Positions 1-8,802 of a DNA stretch of 62,355 nt are shown piece after piece; the first letter of the stretch is position 1, and each line of letters begins with the position of its first letter. The translations under genes and the position numbers were made by a program. The stretch is from a virus (Duplodnaviria > Caudoviricetes). The DNA lies in IMG/VR virus record IMGVR_UViG_3300009499_000010, positions 1-62,355 of that record; one strand, 5' to 3'. The notes under the pieces are model-generated. The model did not search any database. It had not been told where the DNA came from and was given only the letters and a program-made list of their open reading frames with translations.

Positions 1-123
1 TGAAAAGTGACTGAAAAAGTGACAGATTTGAAAAGTGACATAAAAAGTGACAGATTTGAAAAGTGACTGAAAAAGTGACAGATTTGAAAAGTGACATAAA
101 AAGTGACAGATTTGAAAAGTGAC
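1..123. repeat. Tandem array of 9 AAAAGTGAC cores in alternating 12/16-bp units (28-bp period, 56-bp higher-order period); iteron-like
   Basis: Read directly: tgaaaaagtgac / agatttgaaaagtgac / ataaaaagtgac / agatttgaaaagtgac repeated; period not a multiple of 3; may continue beyond the window edge. Confidence 0.9.
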
Positions 124-138
124 GGAAAGGAGTAAAAG

Positions 139-459
139 ATGGAGAAGCAGCGAATTACTGGTTGGTTCTCAGGAGAGATAAAAGGGATGCGCGGCGCGCG
201 CATTGCGCCAGAAAGCAACCAAGACGACATCCGTCTTTGCTCAGAGGAAATGCACCGTGAATGTTCTACCCAAGAGCAATTCTGTCAACTTGAATCAAGA
301 GCGGCTTGGAATGGTGGCAACTGGGATGCGAGAGAATATCTTGGCCTCAAAGGTTCAGGGGAAAATTTGACACCAAAACAAAGAGATAAGATTTGGACTA
401 AGTGTAAGAAGAGATTGGCGCTTTGCCGAAAGGTATTCATCGAGTTTGGGGAGTTGTAG
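139..459 (+). CDS. Hypothetical protein
   Basis: ATG with GAAAGGAG RBS directly after the repeat array. Confidence 0.7.
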   Translation: MEKQRITGWFSGEIKGMRGARIAPESNQDDIRLCSEEMHRECSTQEQFCQLESRAAWNGGNWDAREYLGLKGSGENLTPKQRDKIWTKCKKRLALCRKVFIEFGEL

Positions 460-889
460 TGCTCACAAAGAAGCAAATCTATGAACACGCAGAGAGTGCT
501 GCGTTTGACATTCAAGACCTTCTTGAATCGGAAGGCTTCACTGTAGATGGCGGGAAGATAATGGAAATAGCTGATGGCCTGAACACGTTGATTGAGGGAG
601 TGATTGGGGAAGAGGATTGGAAGAAGGTAGTTGAGCATTCTCAATTTCAAGCAGTCAAGGAAGAACTGGAGAGAAAAGATGACAAAACAAAAACTGAAGA
701 GAATCCAGAAGGCAGCAGGGAAGAGGCTTGACCTTGCCTGTGATGAGTATCATGCGCACAGTGTTACGAGAGGTTGTTACATGGCAAAGGACAAAAAGGA
801 CTTGGTCATCTGCGAGTTGTGCGAATATGCATACAGCCTTCTGGATAAGATGGAGAAAGCCGGAAGAGTTTTGAGAAGAAGGAGTTGAA

Positions 890-1435
890 ATGGGATGTTG
901 TTGGTTGTTTCCAGATTGTGAGGCAGACAGATGCGAGCAAGACCTATGCGAAGATGGCATGTGTGAAGTTGTTAGGAAGAAAGTTAAGGAACTTCAAGCG
1001 CAGAGAGGCTGTGTGTTGCTGCCTTGGGTGTTAAGGTTACCATGGAAGAAACAAACAGTGCTGATGGAGATGCTGCGAGCGCCAGATGCTCCAATCTCTC
1101 TGCGCTTCAAACAAATCATTACCTTCCTGCGGTCAATAATCTTACACAACGCAGACAGGACTACAGGCTTCATGCTTGACGCAGAGTTGCCTGACTTTGC
1201 CGGAATACAAAGAGAGTTTGAGCGCCTTCCTCAACATTGCACGCATCATGTAATTATGACTCTCCAAGTTGTCACATATGACTACCCAGATGAAGAGGTA
1301 AGAAGGAAGGCGTTTGAGTTCTACAAAGATGCTGTCCACGCGCAGCATCTCAACATCGAGACAAAAGAAGAGTACAACATTAGGTTGTCTGATAGAGCAT
1401 ACGACACATACAAACCGAGCAAGACAAAGCTGTGA
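890..1435 (+). CDS. Phage hypothetical protein with His-rich core (LPQHCTHH...HLNIET)
   Basis: AGAAGGAG RBS, coupled to neighbours; function not assignable. Confidence 0.65.
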   Translation: MGCCWLFPDCEADRCEQDLCEDGMCEVVRKKVKELQAQRGCVLLPWVLRLPWKKQTVLMEMLRAPDAPISLRFKQIITFLRSIILHNADRTTGFMLDAELPDFAGIQREFERLPQHCTHHVIMTLQVVTYDYPDEEVRRKAFEFYKDAVHAQHLNIETKEEYNIRLSDRAYDTYKPSKTKL

Positions 1436-1632
1436 CTACCAAGATAACAATTGTGGAGTGTCCAGTGCCGCCAAAGATTCCAAAGACAGAAGAGCAACGC
1501 AAGGAGTTTGGCTGGTGGGCTATCTCCGCACTTCAAAGCTATAAGTATGGCTGGGACGAAAAGACAGCACGAGAAGTCTATGAAGCAGGGTGGAATGCTC
1601 GGAAGGGATTTGAAGAAGAAAGGAGAGGAGAA

Positions 1633-2025
1633 ATGGAAGAAAACAAAGCCTTTCAATTGATTCATGTTGCTAAGGAAGCAGCGCAGAAAGCGAGATGCTA
1701 CATCAGCAACTTCAGAGTTGGAGTAGCGCTCTTGGCAAAGAGTGGCGTGATATACTTGGGCTGTAATATAGAGTTTGACAACTTCTCCAACACAATACAC
1801 GCAGAAGAGACAGCGATTGCCGCAGCGGTCATGGCTGGAGAGACAGAGTTTGAAGCAATTGCTGTTGCTACCTTTGATAAGCAACTCTGGTATCCTTGCG
1901 GGATGTGCAGGCAATCGCTGTATGAGATTTGCGGCCCAGACCTAACTGTCATTGCGTGCAACGAAGAAGAGTTTGAACAAAAGACGATGGCAGAGCTTCT
2001 GCCTGTGCCATTCAAGAGGAGATAA
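1633..2025 (+). CDS. cdd: Cytidine deaminase (homotetrameric Cdd type)
   Basis: SNFRVGVAL, GCNIE, HAE and PCGMCRQ zinc-deaminase motifs; RBS AGGAG before ATG 1633; in frame with an upstream extension from GTG 1432. Confidence 0.88.
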   Translation: MEENKAFQLIHVAKEAAQKARCYISNFRVGVALLAKSGVIYLGCNIEFDNFSNTIHAEETAIAAAVMAGETEFEAIAVATFDKQLWYPCGMCRQSLYEICGPDLTVIACNEEEFEQKTMAELLPVPFKRR

Positions 2026-2046
2026 GTTTTAAGAAAGGAGAAGGCG

Positions 2047-2388
2047 ATGAGGGCATTCATTATTATGTTTGGCTTCTTTCTTCTATTTGCGTGTGAGAAT
2101 GAGGCGCTGTCTCCTGCAACTCAGCGCATTCATCAGAACAGCCAGGAACTGAAGCAGAGGCTGGACAAAGCTGAGAATAGAATCAAGAATTTGGAAGAGC
2201 AACAAGCAGCAATCTGTGCTCGCTGCAACGGAACTGGGAAGATAATCTGTGGGTATTGTGAAGGCAAGGGTATGACTGGTTATGAGTATGTCAACGGAAG
2301 ATGGATTGAGGATTTCATACCATGCCCAAGATGCCAAAGAAGAGGTTGGTTGTATTGTCCTGATTGTGAAGACAGCGGAAAGAAATAA
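2047..2388 (+). CDS. Predicted lipoprotein with DnaJ-type CxxCxGxG zinc finger
   Basis: Hydrophobic signal ending LFAC, coiled coil, then CARCNGTG, CGYCEGKG, CPRCQRRG, CPDCEDSG. Confidence 0.7.
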   Translation: MRAFIIMFGFFLLFACENEALSPATQRIHQNSQELKQRLDKAENRIKNLEEQQAAICARCNGTGKIICGYCEGKGMTGYEYVNGRWIEDFIPCPRCQRRGWLYCPDCEDSGKK

Positions 2389-2390
2389 TC

Positions 2391-3209
2391 ATGAGGAAGT
2401 TTCTGCCAGGCGGGAAATCAGCAAGGCAACTCGTGTTTGACAGTTTGGGTGGGTTGTGGGATAACACTCCAATTACAAAATGGCAACAGACTTCTATTAT
2501 CATCGGTGACTTCTATGAAGAGGCAAGCAAGAATCTCCTAACTCTCGGAGAGAACAAAATCAAGCGTTATGACACATCAGGAGAGCTTTGTCCTGACTTG
2601 GTTGAAGACAACCATCACGAGTTCTATGTGGAGAGCAAGGCGCACGGCCCAGCAGGTAGCAGGTTTGTAATCTACACCAAGCAACTTATCGCATACAGGG
2701 CATTTCTCAACACATACTTCCCAGAGAAACCAGAGAGCCAGTCATTTGACCCTGCATTGTTATACATCTTCTGGATTCATCGAGTGCCCAAGGTCAGCGA
2801 TTGCGCTGATAGAGACTCGCTGAGGAAGGCGCTTGCTGAGGCAGGAACTGATTGTTTTGTCTTGGACTTCGATACGATGAGATATGTGAAGTATGTTGCA
2901 CTCCGAAGCAGCACAACTGCATGGGCGCGCGAACAATCCCCTTATTATCAACTCGGAGACCAAAAGCTGCTGCTGTTGAAGAAAGGGAATTACACTGCGT
3001 TCATTGCGCAATGGAGATTGGATAGAAGGCCGGAAGAGTTTGACTTTTGTAGGACAGCTGTGATGGGACTCCCTGTGTACAAATTCCCGATGACTTGTAG
3101 CGTGTCGTGCTCCCTGAGAAATAAGATAGCAGCCCAACCCAGCATCAGGAGCTTCCTTGAAGCCATAAAAGAAGTCAGAGTTGAGCAAGCAAAGCCTGAA
3201 CGGGGTTGA
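2391..3209 (+). CDS. Putative PD-(D/E)xK restriction-endonuclease-fold protein
   Basis: E...PDL...YVESK motif order. Confidence 0.5.
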   Translation: MRKFLPGGKSARQLVFDSLGGLWDNTPITKWQQTSIIIGDFYEEASKNLLTLGENKIKRYDTSGELCPDLVEDNHHEFYVESKAHGPAGSRFVIYTKQLIAYRAFLNTYFPEKPESQSFDPALLYIFWIHRVPKVSDCADRDSLRKALAEAGTDCFVLDFDTMRYVKYVALRSSTTAWAREQSPYYQLGDQKLLLLKKGNYTAFIAQWRLDRRPEEFDFCRTAVMGLPVYKFPMTCSVSCSLRNKIAAQPSIRSFLEAIKEVRVEQAKPERG

Positions 3210-3849
3210 CGATGATGTCTTTCTCTTTGAGGCGAATAACATGAAATCCAAGAGACTTGTACAGCTGATTCTTGATATGGTCTCTTCTCTTCTGAGAAAC
3301 TCTCCCATGCCAATACTCCCCATCGCATTCGATGACAATGTTGAAGTCAGGAAGGAAGAAGTCAGGGATGACAAGTTGGCCGGAGATTTTGAAGCGCTTT
3401 TGAAAATGGAAACGGATTTGCAGGGCAGACAGAAGCTGGAGAACAGCCCATTCAATCTTTGTCCCTTTCAATGGCAGTTGATAACCTATGCTCCTCAAAC
3501 CGAATACATAAGCAACCCAAGCTTGATTCATTTCATGATACTCTTGCCTGTTCTTTGGTCTTATGCCTCTGCTCCATCGATGAATCCATTGCCTTGCATA
3601 GTCCAGGATTTCTTCTTTGCTCATACCACGCGCAGATGCTCTCCACATCATCTTTCTATACTCTGGGTCAGCCCAGAACCTCTTCCTTGCTCGACTCATT
3701 TTCTTTCTGACAGTTGGGTCAGCACAATGCCTCTTGTTGCTCAGGCTTATCTTTTTGCGAGTCTCTTCGGAGAGTTTCTGACCGCGCTTGCCGCAAGCAA
3801 TCTTCCTCTTAGTCTCAGCATCTCTGGGCTTTCCTTTCGGCCAAGGCAT
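3175..3849 (-). CDS. NUMOD3-containing Vsr/DUF559-like (homing) endonuclease
   Basis: N-terminal NUMOD3-like repeats (AETKRKIA, SEETRKKIS); C-terminal IPDF...IECDGEYWH...RD; AGAAAGGA RBS on the - strand; the only credible minus-strand gene. Confidence 0.8.
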   Translation of the reverse strand: MPWPKGKPRDAETKRKIACGKRGQKLSEETRKKISLSNKRHCADPTVRKKMSRARKRFWADPEYRKMMWRASARGMSKEEILDYARQWIHRWSRGIRPKNRQEYHEMNQAWVAYVFGLRSIGYQLPLKGTKIEWAVLQLLSALQIRFHFQKRFKISGQLVIPDFFLPDFNIVIECDGEYWHGRVSQKRRDHIKNQLYKSLGFHVIRLKEKDIIVNPVQALLAQL

Positions 3850-4098
3850 TTCTGTCCCTTCCTTTCTGCTAAGAGTTTATCCCGAAATCTTGCTGAAAAC
3901 TACTTTGAAATGAATAGAAGTCGAAAAAAGTTTTTGGAGCAATAAGTCAAGGAGAGGATTAGACTTAATTGAGAATGTTGGCATTGAATCTGGAGACTAT
4001 CTTTCGATTTCTGAACTTTCCGCTCGACTTCTGGGGGATTTCAGGGTATTAAGTTATAGCGACAATTGAAGTTAAGAGTGTTTTCAGCAGGTTGAGAA

Positions 4099-4560
4099 AT
4101 GGCCAGGAAAGCAAGAAAAAACGGCAAAATGGAAAGAGCCAAGTGTCAAGGCATCAAACCTGATGGGCTACGGTGTGGCGCTTGGCCACTTCGTGGAGAG
4201 GTATTCTGCATGCTCCACCACCCAGATAGAGACAACTTGATGCTCGCTGGTTCGCTCAAGACTCGGAAGGAGAAGCAGGAGAGAAAGAAAGACCGCAAGG
4301 ATTTTTGGGACTTCCTTGAAGACAACGTCAACTCGCCGGAAGATGTCAAGAAACTTATCCTCACTGCCATAGCAGAAGTAAGGTCAGGAGAGCTTGACAA
4401 CAAATCAGCCAGCAACATCTCTTCGCTTGCAGGCCACTTAGTTAAGGTGATTGAGGCTGGTGACCTTGAGAAGAAGATGAAATATCTTGAGGACAAACTG
4501 AAAGAGAAAGACAAGAAAGAAACCTTACAAGATATGCTCAGGAAAAGACACACAGGATGA
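4099..4560 (+). CDS. Putative terminase small subunit-like protein with C-C-C-H zinc finger
   Basis: CQGIKPDGLRC...FCMLH finger followed by helical region ending in DLEKKMKYLEDKL; functional call is inference. Confidence 0.45.
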   Translation: MARKARKNGKMERAKCQGIKPDGLRCGAWPLRGEVFCMLHHPDRDNLMLAGSLKTRKEKQERKKDRKDFWDFLEDNVNSPEDVKKLILTAIAEVRSGELDNKSASNISSLAGHLVKVIEAGDLEKKMKYLEDKLKEKDKKETLQDMLRKRHTG

Positions 4561-4904
4561 ACCCAAGCAGAACAAGGCGAGAGCAAATCAAAGAGACAGG
4601 CAAAGTCCTACAGCCCAAGAAGGAAGGGCAAGAGACTAAGCCCAATGCGTGTATAGGCTGCGGAAAACCAGGCAAGCCAAGAGTTGACAACGGCTTGCCT
4701 TCAGGGATACACTGTGACGAGTGCTGGAATGAACTGGTCACAGAATGTAGAAAGAGGAGTTGGTGAAGGCATCTTTTGAAGACTTCAGCAAGTTCCAAGA
4801 GGAGAACCAGCAACCGCAAGAGCTTGAGGCTGTTGGCCATGATTCACTCCCAGTAGAAGGGACTTCAAAGGCAATGCCTTCAATGCCAGCTATCCTCTTT
4901 CTGC

Positions 4905-5864
4905 GTGAAGTTGACCAGCGCGTCAGGGAGAGGGAGAGTGGGCACCAAGACCATATTTGACATGGGCAAGAATCTCAGGGTCACTCCTGAGAGATTGCAG
5001 CTATTTGAGAGGATAATAGCAGAGCCTTTCAATCCCAAGCTCCTACATTCCAGCCTTCACCAAGCAAAGCGACACGAAGAAGCGCTCAAGCATCAAATGG
5101 AAGAGGCAGCGCTGATAGGTCTTGAAGTTCCTGGCCATGCTATAGATGCGCTCAAGTATCTACAAGAAATAATCTTCAGGGCTGTCGCACTCGCTCCGAA
5201 AGACTTACACGGTACACCACCAGACCATCCCAACTGCCGCTGCCAAACAACATTCCAAGAAGAGATGCAAGTTGACTATGCTGTCCAGGAGAAATTAGGT
5301 GGTGTGAGCCTTTCAACCTCCACAAGCAAGCAAGAAGCAGAACTGCAAGAGACAAGTTTCATAGAATTGATGAAGAAGCTGGGAAGAGAACAAAGGCAAG
5401 GCGGCTGGTGGTCAAATCCAGCGCCCGCCTCACTGCCAGTTCAAGGGCTTGTTGGCAGAGACCTTGGCAGAGTTTTCAGGCCTACAAGAACAGAACACCC
5501 GCCCATTCGTTTCATCAAGGCAGTTCTCAAAGAGGCAATCAAGTTTATCCGAGAGCATCAGGGCAAGCCTCTCGATGACGAGACAACAAAGAGAGTAATT
5601 GAGGCATTGCAGCTCCAAAAAGACATCAGGGAATTGTATCCAGACTTATATGAAGAAGTCAACAAGGAACTCGATGCTGAAGTCGAAGCAGACAAGAAGG
5701 AACTGAAAGAGAATGAAGAGGCAGCTATTGAGTCAGCAAATAAGGCAGAGAGCGAATTGACCAAGAGAATCAGAGAACAACGGGAAGTCAAAGAGCGCTT
5801 GAAAGCTCTTGGCAAGAAGATAAGAGGGCGCAGCAATGGAAGAAAAGAAGTGCCCGAAGTGTAA
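4905..5864 (+). CDS. Hypothetical protein with HPNCRC motif and shared C-terminal VKERLKALG motif
   Basis: Long ORF; start uncertain (GTG 4905, GTG 4938 or ATG 4962). Confidence 0.65.
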   Translation: MKLTSASGRGRVGTKTIFDMGKNLRVTPERLQLFERIIAEPFNPKLLHSSLHQAKRHEEALKHQMEEAALIGLEVPGHAIDALKYLQEIIFRAVALAPKDLHGTPPDHPNCRCQTTFQEEMQVDYAVQEKLGGVSLSTSTSKQEAELQETSFIELMKKLGREQRQGGWWSNPAPASLPVQGLVGRDLGRVFRPTRTEHPPIRFIKAVLKEAIKFIREHQGKPLDDETTKRVIEALQLQKDIRELYPDLYEEVNKELDAEVEADKKELKENEEAAIESANKAESELTKRIREQREVKERLKALGKKIRGRSNGRKEVPEV

Positions 5865-5980
5865 GAGAATAATGACGTGGGATGACGTCTTAGTTGAATG
5901 GAGATGTACGTGCGGCAATGTAGTGAAACCAGGCGAGAAGAAAAAGAAACACAAGTGTTGATAAAAGGGAAGAGAGCAAG

Positions 5981-6343
5981 TTGAGTTCACCTTGTCTAAC
6001 ATGCGGGAGAAGAGCAGTATACAGGCCAGCTATCTGTTGCGTTTACTCTTGCTACCATATAGAAGGGCAAGAGGAGTTAGTGAAGCAAGGTGAGTTGATT
6101 TCAGGCACAGTCCTTTGCCAGAATATCCTCAACGAGATATACAAAGCCGGATTGAAGTTCAACGAGAAGGAAAGAGAGCATGACTTTGACGAAGAGTTGA
6201 AGCAGATACTCCAAGAGCATCGCCAGCTATTCACAACAAGCACTGACGAGAAGAAGAGAAGGTTCAGGAAGATAGCAAGAGACGCTGGCTGGACTGACTC
6301 GGAGATAGAGAAAGCAATGAAAGTCCTTGAGGAGAAGAGTTGA
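5981..6343 (+). CDS. Hypothetical protein with Cys-rich N-terminus
   Basis: TTG start after purine-rich RBS; overlaps start of next gene. Confidence 0.55.
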   Translation: MSSPCLTCGRRAVYRPAICCVYSCYHIEGQEELVKQGELISGTVLCQNILNEIYKAGLKFNEKEREHDFDEELKQILQEHRQLFTTSTDEKKRRFRKIARDAGWTDSEIEKAMKVLEEKS

Positions 6344-6705
6344 AAGACAACGGCATTTCAGATTTGTCACCAGAGTTGGCTGCGTCTTTGTTTGGCTCTG
6401 AAAAGTCACCCAGCCAGATAAGCATTCCGGCGAGACAAGCCGGTATGTTGAGTGAGATAATAGAGAGCACAGCAAGAGAGTTGAGCGCAGCATCAGGCAT
6501 TACGCTTCAGAGAGCAACGCTGGCGCTCCAGTCTTGTGCCATAGGCATAGAAAAGACAACCGGAGCCATCACAATTGATATAGAGAAGTTTGTAAGCAAC
6601 TGCGAAGAGCTACAAGAAGAGAGACGCGCAACAAAGAGGATAGAGCAGCAGAAGGTTAAGGAAAGATTGAAAGCCTTGGGCCGGAAGATGAGAGGGATAG
6701 AGTAG
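6340..6705 (+). CDS. Hypothetical protein with shared C-terminal motif
   Basis: Coupled start/stop on both sides; ends VKERLKALGRKMRGIE. Confidence 0.65.
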   Translation: MKDNGISDLSPELAASLFGSEKSPSQISIPARQAGMLSEIIESTARELSAASGITLQRATLALQSCAIGIEKTTGAITIDIEKFVSNCEELQEERRATKRIEQQKVKERLKALGRKMRGIE

Positions 6706-7271
6706 TGGGCTTGAACGAAGTATATGAAAGAACAACTGGAAGGGCAGTTGCGAAGTTCTATCAGGATGTCCATTTCCAAGACGGCTCAGTGCTTAGACTC
6801 GGAGCAAATACACAAGAGGAGCTTGAAAGCAAAGCAAAGATAATCAAGGGTTGGATAAAAACATTCGGAGAAGGCACAGCAAAGACGCTCCTCAAATCCT
6901 TGTGGAAAGATATTGACGATAAGATTATTGAAGCACGCCAAATCAAATCAGAAGAGAGGAAGAAGGGCATTGCGCTTGAAGAGGTCGTGGAGTCAGGAAA
7001 GTCTGAGCTGATGAGGGCTGGAGTTTGTATGAACTGCCATGCCTATCTTACAGAAGAAGATTTGAGCAGACCATTTGCTATTCAAAGCTGCCCATACTGT
7101 CGCAGCACAAACATAGAAAAATACGAAGTTGAACTTGACCCAATAGACAGAAGATTCAAGGCAGATGTAGAGAAGGTCGCAGCAGACCGTCTTATAATAA
7201 GGAAGGTCGAACAAGACGCAGTAAAAGACAAGCTCAAGAAGATGGGCAGAAGGATGAGAGGTCATGAGTAG
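6705..7271 (+). CDS. Zinc-ribbon protein with shared C-terminal motif
   Basis: CMNC...CPYC; ends VKDKLKKMGRRMRGHE. Confidence 0.7.
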   Translation: MGLNEVYERTTGRAVAKFYQDVHFQDGSVLRLGANTQEELESKAKIIKGWIKTFGEGTAKTLLKSLWKDIDDKIIEARQIKSEERKKGIALEEVVESGKSELMRAGVCMNCHAYLTEEDLSRPFAIQSCPYCRSTNIEKYEVELDPIDRRFKADVEKVAADRLIIRKVEQDAVKDKLKKMGRRMRGHE

Positions 7272-7482
7272 CCTTGCTATTATAAATAGGATATGCATGG
7301 TGTGCGGTTTTGTATATCCGAGAGCGCTGAAGGAAGTCGAAAGTCATCTGCAGCATTGTCTCAATTGCGGCAGCGAAGATTATGAGCGCATAGACTCAGG
7401 CGAGAAATTTTTGCTGCTTGGAGTGGGCGATAAGAAAGAACTTGTCAATGTCAAGGAAGAGTTAAGAAAGCAGAGAGTATGA
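7264..7482 (+). CDS. Small zinc-ribbon protein
   Basis: CMVCG...CLNCGS; overlaps previous stop. Confidence 0.6.
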   Translation: MSSLAIINRICMVCGFVYPRALKEVESHLQHCLNCGSEDYERIDSGEKFLLLGVGDKKELVNVKEELRKQRV

Positions 7483-8714
7483 GTGACAGAACAGAACAAC
7501 AAGCAAGGGAAAGATAAGGGCAAGGCAAGACATAAAAGCGGCGCTGGGAGCAAATGCCATAAGGCAAGAAGTGCCGGGCACACATCACGCAGAGGCTATT
7601 AAGAGAGGCAAAGTCTAATGGGTGACAGAATAATAGAACACCAGTTGAGAAAACTTGCCGCTGGTGGCGAAGATGTAAATTCACTTGTTGCAGGCAAAAC
7701 ACAAATAGAAATAAAAGGACTTGACTTGATAAGGGCAAGCGAAGTTGACAAGAAGGCAAGAATCTTCTCAGAAGAGGCATTACAGAAAGCAGCAGAGAAG
7801 TTCAGCAAGGTAAGAAAGAACAGCAAGGAAGAAATTGAACAAGCAGAGAGAGAAGAGACAACACAAGAGAGAAACAAAGAGCCAGAAAGATAAGTAAGGA
7901 TAGAAGAGAGATAGGGGTAATGTTGACCAAGGGCATTGTAAGGGTAAGTAAGGTAAGTCAAGGCAAGGGACTTAATGTGGGTGATATTGGTTTGGTTGTA
8001 AAAACCAGTTTCTATGCAAGAGCACTTGCCCTATCAAAAAGCTGCTTGGTGTTACTTGCTTGCTTGTTTGCGCTCCTCTCAACTGGCCAAACCAACTTGA
8101 GAGAGGGAGAAAACCAACCTGCCAGAATAACCAGCGAGCGCCAACTTGTTTTACTCCCCCAACAACTTACACATACGCCAAAGTTGACACCACGTAGAGC
8201 CAAACCTAAGACCAATTTGACGTATTCTCCCACACTAAGAGAAAGAGCTACAGTAATTGAAAGCAAGACAGAGAGCATAGTAAGGAAGAAGAGGCTAACA
8301 CAGACAAACATAACAAGAATACTCCCTCAGCTGACTCGGAGCGCGTGTGCGTCTTTGGCGTTGTTTGGCGTTGTTTGGGGGAGTGCGTTGTTTCATTCAC
8401 ATGCGGCTGCGCGTAGTGTAAAGATAGGTCACGAAAATCCCCAGGGCAACTTTCACAACCAATCAGTTGCCGAGAAATTCAAGGAAAAAATATCTCCAAC
8501 TAACAGCTGGCGAGACGCACACATGCAATCGACTCATAAAAGTAAGCATAGTAGAACGAGCCATATAAGTGGCGCAAGGTATTGGGCCTTGGACATGCCA
8601 CTAAGGCAAGGAATTAAAAAGTGGGGCTGCGACAACTTGGATACTTATTTGAGTCTGTCCAGCCTCACTCCCTTTGGGGAAGATAGGCAAAGGTGCGTGT
8701 CCGCACTTGACACA

Positions 8715-8791
8715 GGGGATGTATTGGTTAGGCCGCGCATAAACCCGCATGCGGGAATGTGCTCCTGCGGGTTCGATTCCCGCCATCTCCA
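8715..8791 (+). ncRNA. tmRNA-like (tRNA-like domain only) RNA with alanine identity
   Basis: Acceptor stem GGGGATG/CATCTCC with G3-U70 and discriminator A; 13-nt stemless D region TATTGGTTAGGCC; T arm GCGGG-TTCGATT-CCCGC; no canonical anticodon loop; CCA not encoded. Confidence 0.75.
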
Positions 8792-8802
8792 GATAATAAG
8801 GC

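Noticed and set aside
1-123. CRISPR array
   Set aside because: No unique spacers, units are 12-16 bp, and no cas genes
3181-3945. 254-aa plus-strand ORF
   Set aside because: Antisense shadow of the NUMOD3 endonuclease, which has clear motifs and an RBS
8562-8714. Detached tmRNA tag reading frame (ATAAGT-GGC resembles a resume context)
   Set aside because: The frame has no nearby stop or Ala-Ala ending, so it is unsupported
8715-8791. Ordinary tRNA-Ala
   Set aside because: No proper D stem and no 7-nt anticodon loop with U33 and an NGC anticodon
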